A stretch of 64,000 nt of DNA from Candidatus Altiarchaeota archaeon (GTDB lineage Archaea > Altiarchaeota > Altiarchaeia > IMC4 > SCGC-AAA252-I15): positions 32,001 through 96,000 of the forward strand of contig JAZDNF010000009.1 of NCBI GenBank assembly GCA_043800255.1, read 5' to 3'. A program made the translations under genes and the position numbers. Every line of letters starts with the position of its first letter. Position 1 is the first letter of the stretch. This document shows positions 1-7,387 of this stretch, piece after piece. The notes beneath the pieces were generated by a model, which was not told the origin of the DNA, made no database searches, and saw only the letters and a program-made list of their open reading frames with translations.

Positions 1-1500
1 CGAGAGCTGGAGAGGGCCATAGAGAATGGAGTTTACGCCGGAGGAGGGCGGCCGTTCATCTTCGGGGTTCCGGGAATATGCGACGGCATCGCGATGGGCC
101 ATGAGGGCATGAAATTCTCTTTACCCTCGAGGGAGCTGATAGCTGACGAGGTTGAGGCTATCGCAAGCGCCCACGCGTTGGACGGTCTCGTGCTGTTGAC
201 GAACTGCGACAAGATTACGCCCGGGATGCTGATGGCAGCCGGCAGGCTTAATATCCCGTGCATAGTTGTCACAGCAGGTCCCATGTTAGGCGGTTATCAT
301 AATAACAGGAGGCTTTCGCTGGTGAGGGACACCTTCGAGGCTGTCGGACTCTACCAGGCTGGGAAGATAAAAGCTGAGGAGCTGGCTGCGCTGGAATGCG
401 AGGCCTGCCCCGGAGCAGGCTCATGCCAGGGGATGTACACCGCAAACAGCATGGCCTGCGTAACCGAGACGATGGGGATGTCATTGCCAGGCTGCGGCAC
501 TGCCTTGGCGGGAACGGCAAAGAAGAAGAGGATAGCATTCGACTCAGGCAGGAGGATAGTAGAGCTCGTGCGCAGGAAGGTTACAGCGCGGAAGATCATA
601 ACAAAGAATTCAATCTATAATGCGGTTGTCGTGGATAACGCCTTCGGCGGCTCCACCAATACTGCACTGCACATTCCGGCAATCGCGTACGAGGCCGGCG
701 TGCCGATAAAACTTGACCTCTTCGATAAGGTCAGCAGGAGGACGCCGCATATCGTGAACATGCGCCCAGGCGGGGAGACGTTCATGGAAGACCTCGAGCG
801 GTCTGGCGGAATCCCGGGAGTCTTGAACAGGCTCGCAGGCAGGCTGAAACCTAACACAACAGTCTCAGGCAGGAACATCAGGGAAATCGCCAGAACAGGC
901 ATCATAGTAGAACCTGAAATAATCAGGCCTCTGAATAGACCCTACCATAAGGAGGGCGGGATGGCTGTCCTCAAAGGCAACCTCGCTCCTGACGGCTGCG
1001 TCGTCAAGCAGAGCGCTGTTTCACAGAAGATGATGAAGTTCACAGGCAAAGCCAGGATATTCGAACGGGAGGAGAACGCCATGAGGGCGATCCTCGCCAG
1101 AAGGATAAAAAAGGGTGATGTAGTGGTCGTAAGGTATGAGGGGCCGGCAGGCGGTCCAGGCATGAGGGAGATGCTGAGCCCGACCTCAGCCATAGCTGGC
1201 ATGGGACTGTCAGACTCTGTCGCACTGATAACGGACGGCAGGTTCTCAGGCGGAACCCGTGGACCGTGCATAGGCCACATCAGCCCTGAAGCCGCCAGGG
1301 GCGGGCCGATTGGAATCATAAGAGAGGGTGACAGGATTCACATTGACATCCCAAAGAGGAAGCTGGAGTTGCTCATACCTGCAAAAGAGTTCGCAGCCAG
1401 GATGCGAAACTTTAAACCGAAAAAGAAGAAGCTCAGAGGCTACCTGAAGAGGTATGCTGAGGCTGTCTCCTCAGCTGACAGGGGCGCGATTCTGGCGTGA
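1..1500 (+). CDS. ilvD: Dihydroxy-acid dehydratase (5' end outside window)
   Basis: Frame open from base 1 (…[22 protein letters not shown]). Motifs [48 protein letters not shown]. Confidence 0.97.
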   Translation, partial: RELERAIENGVYAGGGRPFIFGVPGICDGIAMGHEGMKFSLPSRELIADEVEAIASAHALDGLVLLTNCDKITPGMLMAAGRLNIPCIVVTAGPMLGGYHNNRRLSLVRDTFEAVGLYQAGKIKAEELAALECEACPGAGSCQGMYTANSMACVTETMGMSLPGCGTALAGTAKKKRIAFDSGRRIVELVRRKVTARKIITKNSIYNAVVVDNAFGGSTNTALHIPAIAYEAGVPIKLDLFDKVSRRTPHIVNMRPGGETFMEDLERSGGIPGVLNRLAGRLKPNTTVSGRNIREIARTGIIVEPEIIRPLNRPYHKEGGMAVLKGNLAPDGCVVKQSAVSQKMMKFTGKARIFEREENAMRAILARRIKKGDVVVVRYEGPAGGPGMREMLSPTSAIAGMGLSDSVALITDGRFSGGTRGPCIGHISPEAARGGPIGIIREGDRIHIDIPKRKLELLIPAKEFAARMRNFKPKKKKLRGYLKRYAEAVSSADRGAILA

Positions 1501-2013
1501 GTAGTGTTCTGCAAGATCCAGTAGGGTCCAGGGCTTGCATTCGCTCTTCTTGAAACCGAGGAGTTTCACATACTTTAGGAGGGTCTCATCGTCTTCTGCT
1601 TCGATTTCCAGGAACTCTGGTATGGAATCGTAGGGCTGCGAGTACAGGTCCAGTTCGAAGTGAACTTTCCCCAGCTTGTAGGATGTCCTCTGCTTCTTCG
1701 TAGTCAGCCACGATGCCATCCCCAGCGATTCCAACATGTGTTTCACCTTGTCGAAGTCTGAGACTTCTACCTCATGCTCCTGCCTGACCTTCATGCTGTC
1801 ATGCTCTACGAACTCCTTGAACGTCAGATACGATCTGTCGCCGACCTTCCGCAGCCTGAAGGTGCCCTTCGACTTTTCAATCCGCCTGTCCCTGAAGTCG
1901 AAGTAGACAGCAAAAACCTCGCCGTCAAACACTTTCTCAGCCCCTAGCTGAGCGAGCTTTTTTTCTATCTTCTTCCTGTCGACTTCCAGTATCTTGACTT
2001 CAGTCTCCCTCAT
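1471..2013 (-). CDS. cyaB: CYTH-domain protein (class IV adenylate cyclase family)
   Basis: N-terminal ExExK (ETEVK), RLR, K.R..Y, FLEIE. ATG at 2013 preferred over TTG at 2034. Confidence 0.85.
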   Translation of the reverse strand: MRETEVKILEVDRKKIEKKLAQLGAEKVFDGEVFAVYFDFRDRRIEKSKGTFRLRKVGDRSYLTFKEFVEHDSMKVRQEHEVEVSDFDKVKHMLESLGMASWLTTKKQRTSYKLGKVHFELDLYSQPYDSIPEFLEIEAEDDETLLKYVKLLGFKKSECKPWTLLDLAEHYSRQNRAPVS

Positions 2014-2056
2014 CAGCTTACTACTTTTATTCAACTGTTATTAAGAGTTTAACCTG

Positions 2057-2803
2057 ATGCTAGCGACAGCCGAAAAGGCAGCGTTGGATGGCGGGAGAGT
2101 CCTACAGGACAATTTCGGAAGAATCCGCAGGGCAACGCACAAGCAGAAAAAGGACCTAGTGACAGAGGCTGACATACTCTCTGAGAAAAAAATCCTCTCA
2201 ATAATACGGAAAGGATACCCCCACCACAATATCCTTTCGGAGGAGAGCACGCCCATAGACGAGGATTCAGAGTATACTTGGGTTGTCGACCCATTGGACG
2301 GCACCCACAACTTCTACTATGGGATGCCATTCTGGGGAGTTTCAGTAGCACTCTTTAGGAGGGAGAAACCGCAGCTGGGTGTCATCTATCTTCCGAACGA
2401 GGGCGAACTCTACCATGCGGTCAGGGGAAAAGGCGCCTACTGCAACGGAAAAAAGCTGAAGGTCTCGGGAAGGACTATGGACGATGCGATGCTCATGTTC
2501 GGAGTCCGCTTCTTCCAGGACAGTTCAACGTTCTCCACCTTCAGGAAGCTGGTCACTAGGACGTTCAGCGTGCGGATGCTCTCCGTGGCAGTAACCAGCT
2601 TCGCATACGTCGTCCAGGGGAAAGCAGACGCCTACGTCGCCCAGTCCCTGAAACCCTGGGACTATGCAGCAGGATGCCTGCTTGTCGAAGAAGCTGGCGG
2701 AAAGTCGACAGACTTCGGCGGAAGGGAATGGAAACTCGACTCCGGCAGCATAGTCTGCTCCAACGGAAGAATACACAAACAACTGCTTGAGGTTATCCGA
2801 TAG
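2057..2803 (+). CDS. suhB: Inositol monophosphatase family protein
   Basis: DLVTEAD, SEE, WVVDPLDGT.NF, WDYAAG..LVEEAGG motifs. Confidence 0.9.
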   Translation: MLATAEKAALDGGRVLQDNFGRIRRATHKQKKDLVTEADILSEKKILSIIRKGYPHHNILSEESTPIDEDSEYTWVVDPLDGTHNFYYGMPFWGVSVALFRREKPQLGVIYLPNEGELYHAVRGKGAYCNGKKLKVSGRTMDDAMLMFGVRFFQDSSTFSTFRKLVTRTFSVRMLSVAVTSFAYVVQGKADAYVAQSLKPWDYAAGCLLVEEAGGKSTDFGGREWKLDSGSIVCSNGRIHKQLLEVIR

Positions 2804-2850
2804 GATATAGCCCATACTACAGCTTAACTTAACACTAGCTAATAAGTTAT

Positions 2851-4395
2851 ATGCCCAATAGGAGGATCATACTTATTGTTAGAGACGGCTGGGGCTACAG
2901 TGAAGAAGTTAAAGGCAATGCTGTGCGCGCTGCCAAGACGCCGAACAACGACAGATACGAGAGAGAGTATCCTTGGATCACATTAAAGTGCAGCGGCAAC
3001 GCCGTCGGCCTCCCGGAGGGCACCCAAGGAGGAAGCGAGCCAGGACACCTGACTATAGGAGCCGGCCGGGTGGTCTGGCAACCGTATGAGGACATCAACC
3101 GGAAGATAAGAAGCGGGGAATTCTACAAGAATAAGGCACTTCAGAAGGCTGTCAAGAACTGCAAGAAGAACAACTCCTCATTGCATCTGATGGGACTGTT
3201 CTCGGACCAGGGGATACATGCCACCACAGAGCACCTCTACGCGCTGCTGAAGCTGGCGAAACAGAACAAGCTCGAAAAAGTCTACATCCACGCCTTTTTG
3301 GACGGCAGGGACGTGCCTGAGAGGAGCGCTGACAGGTTCATAAAAGAATGCCTGCAGAAGATGAAAGAAGTTGGAGTAGGGAGGATAGCCTCCCTGGTGG
3401 GCAGATACTATGCAATGGACAGGGACACCAACTGGGAGAGGACGAAAAGAGCATATGACCTGCTGACACTGGGAGAAGGCTTCAGGGAAAAAGACCCCCT
3501 GAATGCCTTAGAAAATGCCTACAGGAGAGGGGACGAGACAGACTACTATGTTAAGCCCATAACGTTGGTAGATGATAGTGAGAAACCCATTGCCACGATA
3601 AAAGACAGCGATTCCGTAATATTCTGGAACTTCCGCTCAGACAGGACGAGGCAGCTGACCTACGCGCTCACAGAGAAGAATTTCGGCAAGTTCGAAAGAA
3701 AGGTCTTTCCGAAAGTCTGCTTCGTGTGCATGAGCGAATACGACAAGAACCTGGACCTGCCAGTCGCATTCCCCCAGCAGACAGTGGAGAACAACCTCGG
3801 GCAGGTTTTGAGCAGGAATGGGCTGAAACAGCTCCGCATAGCGGAGACGGAGAAATACGCGCATGTGACGTTCTTCTTCAACAGCCAGGTGGAAGAACCC
3901 AATCCTGGAGAGGAGAGGATAATGGTGCCTTCACCCAAAGTCCCATCCTACGATCAGAAGCCGGAGATGAGCGCCTATGAGATTACTGAGAAGCTGCTGC
4001 CGCAGATAGAAAAGGACTACTATGATTTCATCGCCGTCAACTTCGCTAACGGAGACCTGGTAGGCCACTCCGCGAAGCTGGACGCAGGGATGAAAGCCTG
4101 CGAGGCAGTAGACGAATGCATCGGAAGGATAGTGGAAGCCGGCCTGGAGCACAACTATGTCATACTCATCACAGGAGATCACGGCAACGTGGAGATAATG
4201 TTCTATCCTAACGGAGAGCCATGCCCTGCGCACGGCACAAACCCGGTCCCGTTTTCCATAATCAACGGAGAAAAGCTGAAGAATGTTAAGCTGAAGGAGG
4301 GTAGGGGCTTGGACTCCATCGCCCCCACCATATTAGAGCTGATGGGTCTCAAAAAGCCGGATGAGATGACAGGAGAATCACTGATTGCTAAGTAA
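2851..4395 (+). CDS. gpmI: 2,3-bisphosphoglycerate-independent phosphoglycerate mutase (bacterial-type)
   Basis: DGWG, VGLP.G..G.SE.GH, H.FLDGRD, GRYYAMDRD, NFRSDR, AETEKYAHVTFF, DHGN. Confidence 0.95.
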   Translation: MPNRRIILIVRDGWGYSEEVKGNAVRAAKTPNNDRYEREYPWITLKCSGNAVGLPEGTQGGSEPGHLTIGAGRVVWQPYEDINRKIRSGEFYKNKALQKAVKNCKKNNSSLHLMGLFSDQGIHATTEHLYALLKLAKQNKLEKVYIHAFLDGRDVPERSADRFIKECLQKMKEVGVGRIASLVGRYYAMDRDTNWERTKRAYDLLTLGEGFREKDPLNALENAYRRGDETDYYVKPITLVDDSEKPIATIKDSDSVIFWNFRSDRTRQLTYALTEKNFGKFERKVFPKVCFVCMSEYDKNLDLPVAFPQQTVENNLGQVLSRNGLKQLRIAETEKYAHVTFFFNSQVEEPNPGEERIMVPSPKVPSYDQKPEMSAYEITEKLLPQIEKDYYDFIAVNFANGDLVGHSAKLDAGMKACEAVDECIGRIVEAGLEHNYVILITGDHGNVEIMFYPNGEPCPAHGTNPVPFSIINGEKLKNVKLKEGRGLDSIAPTILELMGLKKPDEMTGESLIAK

Positions 4396-4399
4396 CTCG

Positions 4400-4852
4400 C
4401 TATTCTACGATTAGGAGACCGTCGCCCAGCCACTGCGGCGACCCATCTTTTCGAGTATAATACATTGTGAAGTTGCCGGACTCGTTGGCAACGAAGGTTA
4501 CAGTCTCATACCTCTGCGGGTAAACCTTCTGCGAGATGTCATAACCTCTTATTCCGAAACTGAAGGATATTTCGCTGCCCGTCAGATGCAGGATGACAGT
4601 GTCGCTGCGGGCGACGGTGAGAACATTGGGGACGATACTGTTCCTCTGAAGCATTATCGTGAACTCCCTGACCTCAGGCCCGGCAGGCAACGTGGTGGTA
4701 GGCTCCACAGTGGACGTAGTAGACTGCACCGTTGAAGTCTCCTCCACAGTCGTGGTCGGCTGCAGGGTAGTTGTCACAGCAGGAGCCTCATCCCGAGTGC
4801 AGCCGGACGCGATCAGGACTAACGTAAGAGCCAGAAGCGGATAGAATCTCAT
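4400..4852 (-). CDS. Predicted lipoprotein with Thr-rich linker and cupredoxin-like C-terminal domain
   Basis: Signal peptide ending in lipobox IASGC, Thr-rich stretch, then P..LTV...DTV.L…VTFVA..SG.F pattern. Start taken at ATG 4852. Confidence 0.6.
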   Translation of the reverse strand: MRFYPLLALTLVLIASGCTRDEAPAVTTTLQPTTTVEETSTVQSTTSTVEPTTTLPAGPEVREFTIMLQRNSIVPNVLTVARSDTVILHLTGSEISFSFGIRGYDISQKVYPQRYETVTFVANESGNFTMYYTRKDGSPQWLGDGLLIVE

Positions 4853-4948
4853 TTTGTCATTCACCTAGGTTATATATCCCCCCACACTATTAAAAAAAGA
4901 AGCGGTAATGTCATCGAGGCATGGAGTCTGAGAAGGCATAATATGGCA

Positions 4949-5007
4949 GAGTGGCTGAAGCAGCGAAGCCGCCGAACGCCGCCCATTTCACGGCCGGAAA
5001 TTCGGCC
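4949..5007 (+). repeat. Dispersed two-hairpin element, copy A (candidate ncRNA or miniature element)
   Basis: GAGTGGC-TGAA-[GCAGC GAA GCCGC]-CGAAC-GCCGCCC, linker ATTTCAC, hairpin GGCCGG-AAAT-TCGGCC. Aligns by eye with 5214-5267 and 37196-37251. Confidence 0.7.
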
Positions 5008-5010
5008 CAA

Positions 5011-5171
5011 CGGACCTGCTGGGATTCGAACCCAGGTCCCGGGGTAACTTTGAGCCCTGATCCACCCTATTGTGCGGTTCCCTTTCTTTTTGGGATGAAG
5101 CACTTTTTCTTTCGGGAAAGAAAAAGGGCTCTCCGAAGCCCCGTAGGATATCCAAGCTACCCCACAGGCCC
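5011..5171 (-). tRNA. tRNA-Arg(TCG) with 87-nt intron at position 37/38 (intron 5046-5132)
   Basis: Acceptor GGGCCTG/CAGGTCC+G, D-loop GG, anticodon stem CGGGG/CCCCG with CT-TCG-G|A, T arm CTGGG TTCGAAT CCCAG. BHB-like junction with GAGCCC/GGGCTC helix. No encoded CCA. Confidence 0.93.
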
Positions 5172-5200
5172 TTTTGTGTATTAGTGATAGGTGGCGCTAG

Positions 5201-5210
5201 GTTATATTTG
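5201..5210 (-). promoter_or_regulatory. Putative TATA box of tRNA-Arg
   Basis: Minus-strand CAAATATAAC about 30-39 nt upstream of the tRNA 5' end. Confidence 0.5.
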
Positions 5211-5213
5211 TTC

Positions 5214-5267
5214 AGAGGGGCTGGAGCAGAGCAGAATGCCCATCCTTTGCGAGCCGTAGTAAGGCTT
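5214..5267 (+). repeat. Dispersed two-hairpin element, copy C
   Basis: AGAGGGGC-TGGA-[GC AGA GC]-AGAAT-GCCC.., TTTGC, hairpin GAGCC-GTAGTAA-GGCTT. Confidence 0.6.
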
Positions 5268-5270
5268 GGG

Positions 5271-5296
5271 GGATATCCAGGTTATCTCACAGGCCC
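5271..5296 (-). repeat. Degenerate duplicate of the first 26 nt of tRNA-Arg (5146-5171)
   Basis: ggatatccaggttatctcacaggccc vs ggatatccaagctaccccacaggccc, 22/26 identical. No anticodon or T arm follows. Confidence 0.85.
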
Positions 5297-5335
5297 GATA
5301 GTTTGTGGTTTATTATTTCGTTCTTAATGTATTAC

Positions 5336-7387
5336 ATGGTAAGGGCGTCTATTATATTTGTTGTTCTTCTGCTGTTGGCTTCCTATTGTGAGGCTGCTTT
5401 CAGGGATTATATGGAGTTGAGCTGGAATTCGACGATGAAGGAGGTTTTGAGCGGCCTTGTTTCTGCTGATTTGAACGGGGATGGGAATGCTGAGGTCGTT
5501 GTGAGCACTTCCACTGAGGGGGCGGTGTACGCTTTCGACAGCAAGGGCAAGAAGCTGTGGATGTATAATACGATGGGCTATGTGAATGATGTGATAGCCT
5601 CTGATTTGGATGGGGATTCCTACAAGGAGATTATAACGAGCACGTCAGGCCACGTCTATGCCATAAACCACAGGGGCGAGAAGGTCTGGTCTTTCCTGAT
5701 GAGCAGGAACGATGCCCGAAATCTTGGGGTGGGAGATTTGGACGGCGATGGAAGTAAGGAGGTCATAGTCGGGCCTTACGCTTCGAACTGCAAGGAGAGC
5801 ATAATATTCGTCATCAACGCTTCAGGCAACAAGTTCTGGTCTTATTCTCTTGGGAACTATTACGGGAACGTGATCGCCTCAGGAGACTTGGACGGCGACG
5901 GCAAGGATGAGGTTATAGTGGGGACTATGCTGAGGGCTTTGGATTCCAGCAGGATGATGTGCGACCCGTCCAAGACATCCCCTGCCAAGATTGTCGCAAT
6001 AAAGGGGGACGGCAAAAAACTCTGGGAGTATGGCACCGAAGGTGGGGTTACTGTGCTGGAGGTGTCTGATTTGGACGGCGACGGGATGAGGGAGGTTATC
6101 GCAGGCTCATATCCTAAGCTGTACGTTATCGACTATACTGGGAAGCTGGTGTGGGACTATAAGGCTGTCACCAAGGTCGATTCGATAGCCGTCGGCGACC
6201 TGGAGGGGGACAAACTCAAGGAGGTAATAGTCGGGGCGAACAACGTCTACGCTTTCAACAACATGGGCGTTTCGCTCTGGTATGGCGCGACCAACGACAG
6301 AGTCTACAATGTCGAGGTCGCCGACCTGGATAACACAGGATTTTCAGAGGTTATAGCTGCATCCGACAAAGTGTACGTGTTCGACAAGGTTGGCGAGCTC
6401 CTGTGGAACAGCGAACCGCTGAGGACCGTCCACAAGCTCGATATCTCAGACTTCGAGAGCGACAACTACAGGGAGATAGTGGCGGGGGCTATAGAGGAGG
6501 TTATAGCCTATAAGACAGGCTCTAAGGCGAGGAGGAACTACGCTGACGAATACCTTCAGAAGGCTAAAGACGACCTAGCAGCCGGCAGATACGAGAAGGG
6601 CTTGGACAACGCGATAAACGCCAAGGGGCTCTACTCCAGATTGGGTCTGATGAACGACGTCTCAACTGCCATCGAGCTGATTGACAGTCTCAACAGATCA
6701 GCCTCTATGCTAAGGAGCGAGAGTGAGCAGGCTGACAAATCCTTCAAGATTGCGAAAGAGTCGTTCGACGCCGGAGACTTCTGGAACGCGAGCAATTATG
6801 CGATGATCGCAAGGAGCAAATACTCAGCCCCTGAGATAATGAACAGGACATTGATTGGAGAGTGCGAGGGCATCATCAACAGGTCCAACGAGGCCCTATA
6901 CGAGAACGCCACCTTCTATTATAATAAGGCTCTTGCCGACTTCCAGGAGGGCAGACTGGATTCCGCCCTCCAGCAGGCGGGAGTGTCGGCAGAGATTTTC
7001 AAACACCTGAGGGATGACGAGGGAGTTAAGGGCTCAGAGTTTCTGATATCGCAGATACAGGCGAAGGCGAAATCAAAAATCAACCTGAAGGGTGTTTCCA
7101 GCAGGCTCAGGATGCCTAACCTGGACGGTAGCCCCTACGTCGGGGTCATAGTCTCGGCAGTAGTATTGCTGGTTTTCGTGCTATTGGTGGCCTATTTTAT
7201 CGTGAAAAAAGTCAGAACGCCGAAGATGTCCAAGGAGGAGATAAGAAGCCACCTGCAGGAGACTGCAACACAGCAGAACAGGAAAGTAGAGACTGAGCAT
7301 CTGAAGCCTAAAGTCATGAGGGAACGGCCGAAATTCACGAGAGACCATCACAGGAGGATCGGCAAAGCAATACCCAGAAAAAGATGA
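5336..7387 (+). CDS. Secreted, membrane-anchored FG-GAP/PQQ-like beta-propeller protein
   Basis: Signal peptide, about 8 DLDGDG..EVI repeats with G..LW.Y spacers, helical TPR-like region, C-terminal TM helix and basic tail. Confidence 0.8.
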   Translation: MVRASIIFVVLLLLASYCEAAFRDYMELSWNSTMKEVLSGLVSADLNGDGNAEVVVSTSTEGAVYAFDSKGKKLWMYNTMGYVNDVIASDLDGDSYKEIITSTSGHVYAINHRGEKVWSFLMSRNDARNLGVGDLDGDGSKEVIVGPYASNCKESIIFVINASGNKFWSYSLGNYYGNVIASGDLDGDGKDEVIVGTMLRALDSSRMMCDPSKTSPAKIVAIKGDGKKLWEYGTEGGVTVLEVSDLDGDGMREVIAGSYPKLYVIDYTGKLVWDYKAVTKVDSIAVGDLEGDKLKEVIVGANNVYAFNNMGVSLWYGATNDRVYNVEVADLDNTGFSEVIAASDKVYVFDKVGELLWNSEPLRTVHKLDISDFESDNYREIVAGAIEEVIAYKTGSKARRNYADEYLQKAKDDLAAGRYEKGLDNAINAKGLYSRLGLMNDVSTAIELIDSLNRSASMLRSESEQADKSFKIAKESFDAGDFWNASNYAMIARSKYSAPEIMNRTLIGECEGIINRSNEALYENATFYYNKALADFQEGRLDSALQQAGVSAEIFKHLRDDEGVKGSEFLISQIQAKAKSKINLKGVSSRLRMPNLDGSPYVGVIVSAVVLLVFVLLVAYFIVKKVRTPKMSKEEIRSHLQETATQQNRKVETEHLKPKVMRERPKFTRDHHRRIGKAIPRKR

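Noticed and set aside
4865-5207. CTAGGTTATAT at 4865 and 5197 as element boundaries
   Set aside because: Both sit at TATA-box distance from minus-strand gene starts and are more simply promoters.
5172-5296. Second tRNA or split-tRNA half
   Set aside because: D-stem is broken and there is no anticodon arm, T arm or evident trans-splicing leader.
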